Source: Camelus ferus (lineage: Eukaryota). Taken from it: DNA of 64,000 nucleotides. Positions 24,990-39,264 of the stretch are shown in pieces. The stretch covers positions 65,350,001 through 65,414,000 of the forward strand of contig NC_045697.1 of NCBI RefSeq assembly GCF_009834535.1, in the 5' to 3' direction. The position numbers and the translations under genes were made by a program. The notes under the pieces were generated by a model. The model was not told the DNA's origin. It saw only the letters and a list, made by a program, of their open reading frames with translations, and searched no databases. Position 1 is the first letter of the stretch, and every line of letters starts with the position of its first letter.

Positions 24990-25600
24990 GAGACAAAGGC
25001 CACGCCTGTCACTTGCAATAAGAAAAAGAATGGCAGTGATAAAAATTGGCAGAGATATTTCTTAATAGAAGTTTAGGTGAAAATGAACTGCAGGTTTTAG
25101 TTGAGTACAAAGTCAAATGAAACAATAATGTTCTAAGTCCACCAAAAAGCTGATGAAATTTACTGAAGTCATTAAGAAAGTGATGTTGCAAGAGAAACCC
25201 ACGAAGGAATTAAAGATCTTAAATATAACAAATACGGCACATGAATACTGTTTTCATGGTTTTAATGGCAGCCAGGTACAAAAAAGAAATGGTGATGTTT
25301 TATATTAATTCAGGCTCACGTTTTGAATCAAAGACTCAGTTAGAAGCAGATAAATATGGCTTTGTGCAAGGCTCCTTTCTGGTAAGATTTGGAAAGCAGC
25401 AGGATAATGTTCATCTTCTCCCAAAATATCTTTAATCATCCATGGAGGTGCCTGATACTTCACTGTTAGTTTCGCAGTGCAACATCTAGACACCAGCTTT
25501 TAAAATGATTTGAAAAGAAGGAGTTACCACTTTCAGCTGTAAATAACCTGTGATTAGAACGTGTATTTACTTATTGTCCTCTCTTTTCATAAACAGAATG
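24990..25600 (+). mobile_element. CR1/L3 LINE fragment
   Basis: GGTTTTAGTTGAGTACAAAGTCAAATGA...CCAAAAAGCTGATGAAATTTACTG resembles the CR1 RT C-terminal region. Confidence 0.55.
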
Positions 25601-26139
25601 TGTGTGGAAATGAGATAATTGAGGAAGAATTAGATCTTAGAGCCCTAGGAAGCAGGTAGCCCAAGCGAGAAATATTACTAAGGGCTGATGCACTGACTAG
25701 GGTAACTGTAAGGCGCTGGAGCCAGGGAAGATACGTTTTCAGAGAAAGGGAGAGAAGATCAAAGGGAGAAGCATACAGTAGGTACCTGTCGCCTGCTTTA
25801 CTCCTCTGTTTCAAGTGGAGCTTGGTTACATTCTCAGATTGTACATATTTGCTCAATGTTGTATCAATAAATGAAAAGATGGGTAATTAGAGGGACAGGT
25901 ACCTGGAAGTCATGTTAGTTGGCTTTGTAGTGCTTAGTAGCACCATCCGGAATTAAGGTTCAAAACTGTGAATGGATTTAGCTTTTCAATAGATTATCAA
26001 TGAATGGTATTACTATTAATACATGGACAGCTCCATATTAGTCATAACCAGGCACTGAAACTTCCAGAGTATCTGACCTCTCACCAGCTAGTTTTCTGGT
26101 TCCCTAAAGAAGAAATCGGTATTCCTTTTAAAAATAGCT

Positions 26140-26260
26140 ATGAATATGTTCATTATCTTGATTTTTGAAATAATTTCACGTATACATATGTATGTCAAAA
26201 TTTATCAAAATGTACACTTCAAATATATGAAATTTATACTGTCAATTATACTTCAGTGAG
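26140..26260 (+). mobile_element. Old L1 3' end (L1MC/ME-like)
   Basis: TATGTCAAAATTTATCAAAATGTACACTTCAAATATATG...TGTCAATTATACTTCA. Confidence 0.7.
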
Positions 26261-27521
26261 GAAGTTTAGAAAAGCCCATTGCAGAGCTAATTATATTGAT
26301 AAATAAAATTCTTTGACTATCAAAATTTATGTTTTTAATTTTTATATAAAGTCTTTGATTATCCAGATGTATGTAAACAGATGAAGGAGTTAAGTCAGTT
26401 ATGTGCTTTACCTTGTATTTCACAAAAAATGTGAATGTAATGATCACATATGAGGTTCAAAAACCTAGTCAATTAATTTTATAGTGCAAGTTAAACTAAT
26501 CCTTCTAACTGTACATATCTCCATGCTCCTGGGATTCTAGTTGTTTTCTTAATTCTCTGAAAATGACTATACTTAATATTGTCTAAGTAATTTGGAATGT
26601 GTTTTAAAAATATGTGCATTTCTGCTGCCATTTTCATTAGTAAAGCAGAGTTAAATAAATAAAGGCAATAGTTTTTTTCAAACATAACACATTGCCCATG
26701 AGATATTAAAATTTATGATTTTCCTTATTGGTTTATATGAGAAGATTTAGGCGAACTTTTAAAATGTAGTATGTGTCTGTACAAGCTGTAAGTTAGCTAT
26801 TAAACTATTCTAATTTTAATTCTCATTTTCTTACATATCATGCACACTTACTTTAGAGCTGTGTTATAAGCAGTACCAGTACTTTGCCACTCTTCAGAGG
26901 ATGTTCCTCGCTAGCATATCTGATCCACCGTAAGTCCATGGGGTTTACTACAGAGTCAAGTTTGTATTACTTTATTTTGGAAACAAAACTTTATTTATAA
27001 TTTAAATTGCTTTTTTATTCTATACGTTACCTGTATGAGGAACTGTTAAAATTTAATATATGATATCAAATTTTAGTCATCAGAACACATCTTTTGAGCT
27101 CATTGCCTATAATTTTTTCAAAAATCCCAGAAAACCCTGTAATGAATAGAATCGATAGAATATTAAAGTGACACAATAAAAATTTTCTAGATATTTCTTT
27201 CTTTATTAGAAATTTGCAAATTAAAACAATGACAGAGTTTGCATACCACTACAATCAAACAATTTGAGTAAAGCAAAAAGAAAGAGGAATTGGAACATCA
27301 ACTGTTATTTCTACCCAAAATCTGACTGCTTTATTTTGTGGCATTTGGTCTTTGCAAAACACTCAAATATAAATCATTGTTCTATAACCTAATGGTCAGC
27401 CTGATAGTGTGTTAGTCATGAATACTAGTTTGTACTTGAGGTTAAGTGCATTCCTATTGTGAAGGATTTAAGAGACCCTCTAAAGATGTAGCTGACTAGC
27501 CATCTAGCCAACTCTCTAATC

Positions 27522-27695
27522 CAGGGGTTGGCAAACATTAAAATATTTTAGGCTTAAGGGCCACTTATGGTTAAATAGTCTTTTTTATATATGTATGTAT
27601 GTGTTTTTTATAATTCTATAAAATGTAAAACTTATTTCAGCTCAAGGACTGTACCAAAAAGAGGCCTAGGGCCAACCATCATTTGCTGATCCCTG
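27522..27695. mobile_element. hAT-Charlie MITE (MER58-like)
   Basis: Terminal inverted repeats CAGGGGTTGGCAAAC ... TTTGCTGATCCCTG. Confidence 0.75.
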
Positions 27696-29973
27696 GAGTT
27701 ATTTTGCAGATTTGGCTTCCTCCACAGAGGGTTCAAGGACACTTGAAAGAATAAAAAATACATTAAAATAAATAATAAAGAATTAGCAAATAAATGATAT
27801 ATTAGAACTAAGTCAAGGTCAAATAAAGGAAAACTAAGAAACAGAAAAACCAAAATATGCTAAAGTCAACTAATATAGTTAAGATACTTAAGATACTAGA
27901 GCTTAAGAATTTGGTTCCAGTCTCTTAAAAGCCCAAAAAAGACATGGTCGGTTACACAGGTATTATTATTATTAAAACGATAAAACATACCATACGCTTC
28001 AAAACAGTGTCTCACAAAGGACTTTATTCTCCTCAATAGCGTTTGTAAGCCAAATGTACATATGACTGTTTTGATATAATTTTCTGATAAAAGCTGAGAA
28101 CGTAACTATGAATACCCAAGAAGGCAATTCTAAATAGTGTTAGGGATTTTCAACCAAGTACATGGTCTTCTAAATTTCCAAGCTGATTCAAGAGGAAAAG
28201 ATAAAATGCCCTGGAATTAGATGTTCTTCAAATAATTATGCACATATATTTCCCACTTCAATTTACAGGGAATTTTAAATTGTTTGTTTTTATCTAGTTA
28301 TATTAGACTTAATTATTCTTTATAGAAAACTTGGGAAATAAGAAAAAATCCATAATCATGCTACTCTGAATAATGTGTGTTAGTATTTTAGTGGGTTTTC
28401 CTTATTAAATTTTACAAACCTGTATAGATGTATTTTATGGGCATAATTATGCAAATAACCCTCTATTTTTTAATATTTAGGGTTTTTTTTGTTTTTACTC
28501 TTTAAAGTTTTATAATGAATGTAATAAATAGATTTCCAAAAATGAAATTGCTAACCTAAAGTGTACAGCATTCTCTTTCAGTTTTTAAGTGTTATTCCTA
28601 GTCATTTTTTCTTCAAAATATTTTTCCATTCCACCAGCAATTAGAGAGTGCCTATTTACAAAATGTAATACTTCAGTCCACTTGTCAGTACTAAGGAGTC
28701 ACATTATTGTAAACCCTTGATGACTGTAGGGAAAAAAAGAATCAATCTGCAATCTCCTGTATTATTAATGTCAAATAAGCATTCATGTTTCTTTTTTTTA
28801 GTTGTGCATATTTTTCTTTCATTTATATTTTTCAAGCATAATATTTTTATCAATTTTTGTGAGATCTTTCCATGCTAAGTCTTTTTTCCCCCTTGTATTT
28901 CTTTGTAATGTTTCTCTAGTGCATGATTTGCTTTTTAATTTATTTTGTTTTGACTTACAGAAAGTTGTAATTTTAGTACAGTCAAATCACCTTCCTTATG
29001 ACTTCATCTACTAACTTTCATACAAGGAAGGCATTTCCTGGTAAGAAATCAGACTTAGACTGTCTTGCCACCTCCCCTCCACCTCTTTCATGGGTTTGAA
29101 TATTTACAGTTATCTTTTCAACCCATCTGAGTCTTGGTTTGGTTTTTTTTTTCTCTTCTTTTCTGGTATGATATTCTATAAAGAACTAAATGATTATTGT
29201 GTTCCGAAACAGGTGAACAGTTTTCTGTGCAGCGAAAAGTCCTCCCCTTCTCATTGATTTGTGATGCCTTAAATAAGCACATTATTACATTTTAAATATG
29301 CTTAAATCCTCATAAGTCATATTAGGGTCAATTAGATAACCTGACCTGCCTTCTTGAGTATGTTTCTCAATCCAGATCCGTTTGGTTTATAGTTAGTGGA
29401 CCATCTTCCCAGAATCTAGCTGAGTGACCGTCTTGACTTTTAAATCTCGCAGATTTTCATTTTCTTATCTTTTTTGGGAGTACTGCAGTGGGTAATTTGA
29501 AAAGGCAGTGTCAGAAACAACTATCTAGATAACAGCCTTTGTAAAGAAACTAACCATTCTATCCCTCAAAAGCAGGCTACTCCTGGTTTGTGACAATGAC
29601 TCTACATCACTATAGAGAAATACGCTTATCTTCTTAATTGCTAAGGAATGGGAGAATAAAAAGAGAACCAAAGGTAGTTTCAAGTCATTAAAATGAATTT
29701 GTTTTACGGCAGTTCAGAAAGGAGTACTGTTTTGTGTCACTTGGAATTATTATCTGATCTGTGATGATCGTTCTTGCTGAACTTGTCTTTTGCAATATTA
29801 TTAAAATTCAGCTTACATTCAGGTAGCAAATGATAGGGACTCTGTGGAACTCAGGTTTAGTGCAAAAAGGATTTTTATTCTCAGATTCAGAGACATAAGA
29901 ATGGTCATTGAAATATGCAAACAAAATGTTATTATTTTTGGCTTATTTATCATTTTGATTACATACAATATTT

Positions 29974-31604
29974 TTCTTTCATTTTTTAATTGAAGTATAG
30001 TTGACATGCAATCTCATAGTTTCAGGTGTACAACATTGTAATACAACATTAATATGCATTACAAATTGATCACCATGATAAATGTAATAACCATCTGTCA
30101 CCATACAAAGTTACTGTAGTATTAGTGACTATATTCCCCATGCTTTACATTAAAACCCTATGGCTTATTTATTTTACAACTAGATGTTTGTACCTCTTAA
30201 TCCCCATCTCTCACTTTATTCAACTCCCCATCCTACACCTCCCTCCCATCTAGTGACCACCAGTTTATTCTCTAATTTTGAATCTGTTTCTGTTTTGTTT
30301 CTTAGATACCATGTATAAGTGAAATCATATGGTATTTTTCTTTCTCTGTCTGATTTATTTCATTTAGCATAATACCCTCTAGGTTCATCCACATTGTTGT
30401 AAATGGCAAAATTTCATTTTTCATGGTTGGGTAATATTCCATTGTGTGTTTATGTGTATCTTTATCCATCTTTATCCATTCATCTATCCTTGGGTACTTA
30501 GGTTGCTTTCATTAGCTATTGTAAATAGTGGTACAGTGATCGTAGGGGCACATGTATCTCTTGAAATTAGTATTTTTGTTTTCTTTGGAAAAATACCCAG
30601 AAGTGGAATTGCTGGATCATATGGTAGTTCTATTTTAAGTGTTTTGAGGAACCTTCTTACTGTTTTCCATAGTGGCTACACCAGTTTATATTCTGACCAT
30701 CAGCGCATGGAAGTTCCCTTTCTCCACATCCTCACCAACACTTGCTTGTTTTTTTCTTTTTATCTTTTTGTTAATAGCCACTCTGACAGATGTGAGATGG
30801 TATCTCATTGTGGTTTTGATTTACATTTCCCTGATGATTAATGATGTTGAACATCTTTTCATCTGTTGACCATCTGTATGTCTTTCTTGGGAAAATGACT
30901 GTTAAGACCCTCTGCCCATTTTTTAATCAGGTTGTCTTGTTTTGTTTTTTGATATTGGGTTGAGTGAGTTCTTTATACTTTTGGACATTAATCCCTCATC
31001 AGATATATCATTTGCAGATATCTTCTCCCATTCAGTAGGTTGCCTTTTCATTTTGTTGATAGTTTCTTTGCTTTGCAAAAGATTTTTAGTTCAGTGTAGT
31101 CCCATGTGTTTATTTTTGCTTTTGTTGCCCTTGTCTGAGGAGACTGAAAAAATATTGTTAAGACTTGTCAAAGACGGTACTGCCTGTCTTTTCTTCTAGG
31201 AGTTTCACAGTTTCAGGTCTTACATTTAAGTCATTAACTCATTTTGAATTAATTTTTGTATTTGGTATAAAAAAGTGGTCCAGTTTCATTCTTTTGCATG
31301 TAGCTGTCCAGTTTTCCCAACACCTGTTTTGAAGATATGACTTTTTCCCCACTGTGTATTCTTGACACTTTTTTTGTAGATTAACTGACTGCATAAGTAT
31401 GGATTTATTTCTGGGTTCTCTATTCCATTTCATTGATCTATGTCTGTTTTTGTGCCTGTACTGTATACAGTTTTGATTACTATAGCTTTATAGTATATAG
31501 TTTGAAATTAGAGAGCATGATACCCTTAGCTTTGTTCTTTGTTAATATTGCTTTGGCTATCTGGGGTCTTCTGTGTTTCCATGCAAATTTGATGATTATT
31601 CACC
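29974..31604 (-). mobile_element. L1 LINE, 5'-truncated (~1.6 kb)
   Basis: L1 3' UTR plus ORF2 end (minus ORF ...CWENWTATCKRMKLDHF...KINSK). TSD ATACAATATTT at 29963-29973 and 31607-31617. Confidence 0.93.
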
Positions 31605-32457
31605 ATATACAATATTTAATGCAACGCCTCCAGTTATTCTTCAGTAAGTACTGCACTAAGATATTTATGCATTAATATTAGCTTTAAACAGTGGCAAAAG
31701 AATCTGAATTTTTTATTTTTATTTGAACTTAAGCTTTCTAATGAAACAAGCTAAATGAGGAGCTATTTTAAACTTTAGGCTGAAAACTCTCTTGTGTATA
31801 TCAAATCTAAAGCATTTGTCTTAAGCGTTGGAAACCTGGGAGAAGTAAGCTTCATGGTTAACATCTGGTTTTTCAGTCCTACAATTTCTCTTCCTAGAGA
31901 TATGCTTACATTTATCCAATTATTGTATCTGAGTCCCACGCAGGAGTCATATTTAAATTTGAACATGATAATTCCTGGTAGTCTGTTCAGAATTCCACTT
32001 TACCTGTTCTCTTATGAAACTGTTCAAAGTTCACTGGGGTTTTAGGTATCATTGTCAAATCATAAACTATAAAGATAAGATGTACTGTAGTTGGTATACA
32101 TAAAGCTTGTTTTAATTTACCAAAAAAAAAAAAAAAAAAAACATTCACAGCAGTTAGAGGGTGGGTGCTCTCTTCTACTTACAAGATTTAGGAAAGGTCT
32201 CCATTTAACTATTTTTAACTTTCTAGTCTCATCCATCGAACTATGTTGTGAACATTGCTTTTTGAGGAACCACTTTATCAAATGAGTGGGAATTAATTAA
32301 CTTAGAAATTGTACAAGCTACCCATTCCATAGAGGGTTGATTAAAATGTAGTCTGTAACACTGTCGGCTATAAGAGAAAGAGCAATATCATCTCTAGTAA
32401 TATTCCACAAGCTATCTGTGCCGTTTCATGTATTCAGAACAATACCACTATTATTTT

Positions 32458-32492
32458 ACACACACACACACACACACACAGACACACACACA
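32458..32492. repeat. (CA)n microsatellite
   Basis: Direct reading; one G interruption. Confidence 0.95.
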
Positions 32493-33384
32493 CCCTGAAA
32501 TGTTGAGTTTATGATGCACGCTGGACCAACAATGGCACCCCTCATATCAATTCCATAGACCTGATGGTCCAATAATGAACGTGTCACTCAAGGTATATCA
32601 ACCAGAATCCTTTAACAAGGTTTTTATAAGGGAAACTTATAAGAAATTTCCTCTTGATCCAAGGCTTAAAGAATAAAAAGCTGAGAGACACCTGCAGTCC
32701 TGATTGTTGCAGACAACCAGACTGACAGAATAAAGCCAATACTCAGATTGAAGGTAAGAGGCATAGAGAGATTGCAGATGGTCTTTGAATTCCTGAAGGA
32801 TCCAGTTCTCCCTAGTTAGAATTGGTTTTTTTTTTTGTAGTCTGCAACTAATGGAGTTCCACCTTATCATGTGACACACTACTTAATTCATTTGGCAGGA
32901 AGTTTGTAATTCAGTCTAGTATGGATAAAGGAGTTCTTTTTTCTAAATCCGTTTCAGGAATGGCCCTGGAATCTCTACCATCATTACTGATGTTTAGATC
33001 TCAATCATTCCGTCAATCAATTATAATAACTTTAATTTTAGGAGAGTTTATTATGCTCTACCTGTGTATCTGTAACTGTTCTATTTCTCACAAAAGCTAT
33101 ATGAGGTAGATAACTTCAATGTGCATATATTTCACATATATGAAATAGAGAATTTAATTAACTTCCCTGTAAAGGTAATAGATTTAATATTGAAACTTAA
33201 ATCTGTTTGATTTCAAAGGTGCTTTCTTCACTCCTCTACCATCTTGCTTCTATTATAGCATACCTACTGTGTGCCAGTAATGGTCTAAACACTATAGATA
33301 CAGGGTGAAAAGGACACAGTTTCTGCTTCTTAAAGCATATAGTCTAGTGAGGGATATAGGTAAATCAATAGACAACCTTCAGTG

Positions 33385-33600
33385 CTGTCTTCGTCTGCTC
33401 GGATTACCATAACAATACAACATAGACTAGGTGGCTTAAATAAAAGGAATTCATTTCTCAGTTCTAGAGGCTTGGAAGTGCAAGAGCAAGGTGCCAGCAG
33501 AGTTGGCGTCTGGTCAGCTCTCTCCTGTTTGCTCGCAGATGACTGCCTTCTCACCACGTGGGAAGTGAGATTGAGGGGAGATATTCCTGTCACATGGCAT
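33385..33600 (-). mobile_element. MaLR LTR fragment (MLT1-like)
   Basis: CATAGACTAGGTGGCTTAAATAAAAGGAATTCATTTCTCAGTTCTAGAGGCTTGGAAGT. Confidence 0.8.
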
Positions 33601-34079
33601 TCAAATCCATTCTTTATACATAAGTAAGGGTCAACAACTTACTAAATTATAGCCAGATATCTAAATTGACAGCTGGCACCTTGGCTGCAAATATGTAAAA
33701 GCACTGAGCCAAAGCACATCCATTTCTCAGCTGAATTAGAACAAGAAGAAAGAAAGATGTGTTGCGTGATCCTGGGAGCCCATGCTCTGTTAGATTGATG
33801 GAGAACTGAGTGAATGGTTCTCCCTTTCCTGTGCCTGTTTTCAGCTGATGAGGAGAAACACAAGTTTTATGACTGAACACCATAAAATTATGATAATGAT
33901 GGAATCTATTTCCTAAAACCATGTCTCTCCAGATAAATAATTTTGAAATCAAGAAGAAAAATTAGCATGTCAGTATCTTTTAATGCAGGGTCATATCCAG
34001 ACATAATTCAGGATAATTTTAGTCAGTGCTAGGAAGACTCTAGAATGCCCAGCTCCAGAAAACTATGGTCAGACTAATG

Positions 34080-34222
34080 CAGTGGTTCTTAACCTGAGCA
34101 GCTGTTTAAAAAAAAAAGTGCAGTGCCTGCTTCCCACCCCAAAACAAATCGATCAGTCTCTGGGGGTGGGACTTGGCATTTTTAAAGCTTCTTAGATTAT
34201 TCCGCTCTGCAGAGAAACACTG
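34080..34222. mobile_element. hAT-Charlie MITE (MER5-like)
   Basis: CAGTGGTTCTTAACCT ... TCTCTGGGGGTGGGAC ... AGAAACACTG. Confidence 0.65.
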
Positions 34223-35271
34223 GCCTACGCTGAGAAGCCATGACCTAATGTAGCAGCCAGTGAAATTCCTTTGTCTGAAATTAGATGGTCCAGCCTGTGT
34301 AAAGCAAAGTGTTCTTATTAGCCAGTACGTGGGTGTGGGAATTTCACATAAAGACGGGAAAAGCCCGCGGAGGAGTCGTCGAGATCACTCGTCAAGTGGA
34401 GTCAAGTATTACGGAGTGGCCACGGGAGATCTAAGCCCACAGCTGGGCACGGGCTTTAGGGAAGTGTCATTTTCTGGGACCAAATGTAGATTATGGACAT
34501 TCAATGTGGCTTTCTGTTTATAAACTCCACTGAGGAGATAAATCTTACTAAGTCCCCCTTGAAAAACTAATTGAAGGACTTAGTCGTAAGCAGCACTCAA
34601 GTAGGAAACTCATTGCAATTTAGAATCTGGACTTAAATCAAGTGTCCCTTCAGGGACTCAAGTCTGTATTTTAAAAAGTCCTGTTCTCTTTGGGCATCTG
34701 GTCAGTGATGAAGAGGATCACATCCCAGGCGGCCTCTCAGCTCCTGCCTTCACATCCTGCTCTATATTTTCAAAGAATTTGCCACCTGACATATTTTATT
34801 TGTTCTATTTGTTTATTGTCTGCTCTCCTGTATTAGAACAGAAGTTCCATGAGAGCAATGGAATTTTCTGATTTCTTCCATAATGAATTCTCAACAATGC
34901 CTGATACAAGGAAGATCGTTAATTTTTACTCAATGAATTAATGGAAACAGCTTTCAGGGAAATTTCAAAGGTTATTTCTTACCTAAGGAGCTGTGTATTC
35001 AGGTAAGATTTAGAGACAGTATATCTGGATTCTGGTCCTAACTTCAAAACCTACTCTAGCATGTGTAATATCTTGAATATCTTGGATATATTACTTATTA
35101 AAAAAGCTTGAGTTCAAATAAAAATGAAGATTATTTTGCCACTATTTAAAGGTAATATTAATGCATAAATATCTTAGTGTAATATTTACTGAAGAATAAT
35201 TTTTAGAATTCCTTTACATTAAGAAAAAAGAAAACATACCTCCCCATTTCCAAATACATTGATTGTATACT

Positions 35272-35872
35272 TGTAGTAAGCAGGATCAGGTTCCCTCAAA
35301 CATGTCCACACTCTAATCGTCTGAACTTTGAATATGTTACATTGCATGAGGGATGTATTAGAGAAAGGAGAATCATATGGAAAAGGGGAACAAGGGTAGC
35401 AGATGGAATTAAGTTTGCTAATCAGCTGATCTTACAAAGGGGAGATTTTTCTGAATTATCCAGGAGGGCCCAGTGCAACCACAGGAACTCTAAAAGGAAA
35501 AGAGAGAGGCAGAAGAGAAAGTCAGAGAGCTGTGAGGTGAGGATCTGCTGTTGCTGACTTTGAAAAGTAAGGAAGTAGACCACGAACTAAGAAATGTGGG
35601 TGCTTTCAGAATCTGGGACTGTCTCAGTTAAAAGCCTGCAAGAAAATGGGGACCTCAGTCCTACAACTGCAAGAAACTTAGTTCTGTCAACAACTCATAT
35701 GAGCAGGAAATATATTCTCCCCTAAACTCCTAAGGAATACAAAAATACAGACATCTTGATTTTAGTCTTTTGAGATACATGCTGACCTAGAAAACTCTAA
35801 AGTAAATTCGTATTATTTTACGCAACTAAAATTAGTGGTAATTCGTTATGCCAGCAGTAGAAAACTAATAGA
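35272..35872 (+). mobile_element. MaLR LTR (MLT1D/E-like)
   Basis: TGTAGTAAGCAGGAT...TGAATATGTTACATTGCATG...GCAGATGGAATTAAGTTTGCTAATCAGCTGA...CAGCAGTAGAAAACTAATA. Confidence 0.85.
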
Positions 35873-36639
35873 ATCTTTTTGTGCAAGTATTCATTTAGCT
35901 GTCTCATTTATTAGTTTTTTAACTTAATGTATTTACTATAATTATTTTGTATTATTGGAATATGTTTTTACTTTGAAAACCTTCCTCATATTCTTATAAT
36001 AATACTAATATTCTTAAAACCTTGAGTAACATTGATAGTGAATAAAAAAATCAAAAGTTAAATTTCAAGAATGTTCCAGATACAGTTAAATCTTAATTAT
36101 GCCATTTATTTACTAACAAGGCATTTTCTAATACCTCCTATCACTTTCTTGGTGTTTTTGTTGTCTTACTGTTATGGCTTTACTTTATGTTTTCAGTCCT
36201 ACAATTACTACACAGAACTACAAGATTGGACTTGAGGAAATGAGGAAAGTTGAAAGGCAACCTGAATCTGTTCATTACTACAACTACTAAGAAGGATTAC
36301 TAGCAGATTTAAGGGAAAAGAAGTAAACAGTCTTGACAGAAATGAGAATTAGGATAATCCATGAATTTCATTTCGTGTCACTTCTCATTTTTCATGCAGT
36401 TTTAGAATTTTAAGAATGGTCAACTACCATTCTCCTGAGTGAGAGAGACTGGTACCTTAGCTCTTTCTTCCATATACCAGTAGGAACTAGGACACTTTGA
36501 AGCATCTTCAAAGAATTATATTTCTTTGGGAAGAAGACTGACTGTGCGTTCCTACTGCAAGGTTATAATCTGGAGAAATAAGTTAACTTTTCAGAAAGAG
36601 ACATTGTGCGTATGCCATAAAGTCTAGTCTTTGAAATTT

Positions 36640-37330
36640 TATTTTGTCTGTTATTTGTTGAAAAAGATCACTCTGGCAGCAACATCTGAGAAAATGACAA
36701 TGAGAGACAACACTCAGGAAGAACAGTTAGCCAACTGCTAACTGTGGGAGATGATCAGGACCTGAACTATGGTGGCAGAAGCTAAGGGTGATGGGGTGAT
36801 GGTGGTAGAGAGAATGATAGACAAGGACAAATACATAGAGAAATAAATCAAGGAGACTGACTGAGATTGGAGGGAAGTAGATCGAAAGAGAGAAATGCCA
36901 ATAATGACTCCAAGTTTTCAGTAGTAGATTACTGGAAGAATAATGTTGCTCCTGCTAGAAAGTGAGAAAACCATAGAATATGTTGGCTTTGAAGAAATTA
37001 TTTTGACTTCTAAAAAAAGCTATTTTATTTGATGAGATGGAAAATTTTAATGTCTGGCAGGTAATCATAAATATGGAGCTGGAGCTCAAAGGCAAAGGCT
37101 GAAGTACTTGTACTGACTTGAGAAGGAGTGGTTAAAACTGAGAGTAGGTGAACCCTGAGGGAGAACCAGTGATGATACAGCACAGGGTGGAGGTCTTGGC
37201 CATACGGAATGTGCACTTCTAATGAGCATGAGGAGGAAATGATGACGCAACAAAGGTAGCAAGAGTTTTATGGACAGATGAAAAACATCACCTTATTCAG
37301 GAAATAGTTCAGGATGAAGAATGCAATTAA
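36640..37330 (-). mobile_element. L2 LINE fragment
   Basis: AAAAGATCACTCTGGCAGCA...ATAATGACTCCAAGTTTTC...CTGGAGCTCA L2 motifs. Confidence 0.65.
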
Positions 37331-37415
37331 TTCAGTTATATTTTATTTGAGTTTATAATGAATACACAAAACAGGTTATGAGCAGCTCATAGTCCACTGA
37401 AGAAAACAGAATTTT

Positions 37416-37634
37416 TTTTTTAATTGAAGTAGAATCTGTTTACAATGTTGTGTTGATTTTTGGTTTATAGCATAGTGATTCAGTTATACATATACATATA
37501 TTCTTGTTCATATTATTTTTCTTTATAGCCTATTACAAGATATTGAATATAGTTCCCTGTGTTACACAGTAGGACCTTGATGTTTATTTATGTATTTTAT
37601 ATATAGTAGTTAGTATCTGCAAATCCCAATTTAT
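37416..37634 (-). mobile_element. Short L1 3' end with TSD
   Basis: PolyT plus L1 tail. TSD CAGAATTTT at 37407-37415 and 37635-37643. Confidence 0.9.
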
Positions 37635-37989
37635 CAGAATTTTAAATAGAAAACGAGAAGTATTCTTACAGAATTTGGAAAACCTTATTATAAGATCATA
37701 GGAACAGAGAAATAACTTTACATTAAGAGGTTAAAGATTGGTTCATAATGACTCAATGATGTCTTTAAAGTGGTTTTTGTGGACAGAAAAGACCATGTAG
37801 GAGTTGCTTTGGTTTTAAAATGAATCTACAGTTTATTAAAATTACAAATAAAAAATCTCTCTTATTAAGACTTTAACCATATAAGTCTGTAGTCATTCAG
37901 CCTCTCTTTCTGTGTTCATTCTTCCCACCCTCCTTCTGTTTTGTCATTTTTAGATATCTGAATAATATTTGGTCCCATTAAGAAAAAAA

Positions 37990-38095
37990 AAACACTTTCA
38001 AATATTATAAACTGCAATTGTAAGTTAAGTATATTTGAAAAGTTATTAAACACTTTCGAATATTATAAACTGCAATTGTAAGTTAAGTATATTTG
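37990..38095. repeat. Local direct duplication of a 48-bp unit with a 10-bp spacer
   Basis: AAACACTTTC[A/G]AATATTATAAACTGCAATTGTAAGTTAAGTATATTTG at 37990-38037 and 38048-38095, one mismatch. Confidence 0.92.
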
Positions 38096-38979
38096 TTTAC
38101 CTTTTTAAAGTACTCTACTTTAGTTAATATGATTAACAAAATATCCTAGTATTTGAGTATTCTAATGAATTTCTAAGTATATGGCTTTTTAAGTTTATAG
38201 TCTCCAATACTATATATATAAACTTAGTAAAATTTCTACTTTAAAATAATTTTTAAATTATTCAATTATGTATTACTCCAGTTCAGCACATTACAAGTAC
38301 ATGGATATTAAACTTTACTAGTACGTATACCTAACATTAATAATGTAACTAATATGTCTGATTTTATTCTTTTAAACATTTTTGTTATTTATTTGATATC
38401 TCTCTAGATTTGAAAGAATCTTATCCATTAAAGTAATAAGTTAATCTTAAGCAATTTTGGGGAAGCTTAGCCAAGACATTAATAGGCTTTTGTTTAGGAT
38501 TATATTAAGTATACTGAGGTCTAGAAATAATCTTTAACATAATTATAAATTGGAAGAACTCGTATGGGTCTGTGATCTATTATATTGTCTAAAAATCTCC
38601 CACACTTTTACATTGGGACTAGATTGGATTTTAGATACTTTTTGACTACTAAGATATATAAATATTTTTTTCTGTTTAACTTTGAAGGCCTTTGAACTTG
38701 ATGGAACTTCTTTTTTTCATATTCTCTAAATCCACACAATTGTTATATATTAAAACTGACAGCTAAGTTAATTTTAACTATATCTCATTGAACTTGTATA
38801 TTCAGAACATACAGAGACACACTAGATCCAGGGCTCTGGGAGACTTTATTTGTCAGGACATTCCCGTGAGTAAGGCAATGGTGGTGGATATTATTGGAAA
38901 CTTAGCGCACATTTTGAAGGGCACTGTATACCAAACTGCACAATTTGGATTTTATCTCATGTGTCAGGTTTGTGGAGGG

Positions 38980-39030
38980 GTGTGTGTGCATGCGTGCATG
39001 TGTGTGTGCGCGTGCACGTGTTTGTGTGTA
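38980..39030. repeat. Alternating purine-pyrimidine (TG/CG/CA) tract
   Basis: GTGTGTGTGCATGCGTGCATGTGTGTGTGCGCGTGCACGTG. Confidence 0.85.
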
Positions 39031-39075
39031 CAGTTGTTAAAGTATATATTTTTTATAAAATATGTGTTTCAAATA

Positions 39076-39264
39076 CAGTTGAGCCTTGAACAATGAGGCT
39101 TTGAACTGTGCTGGTCCACTTATATGCAGATATTTTTCAATAGTAAATTCTCAGTACTACATGGTCCATAGTTGGTTGAATACGAGGATGTGGAGGAACT
39201 GCAGATACGGAGGCCAACTCTAAATTATACTAGGCTTAACCCGGAGTTGTTAAAAGGTCAACTG
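39076..39264. mobile_element. Tigger-derived MITE (MER8/Tigger2-like)
   Basis: TIRs CAGTTGAGCCTTGAACAA ... TTGTTAAAAGGTCAACTG flanked by TA on both sides. Confidence 0.88.
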
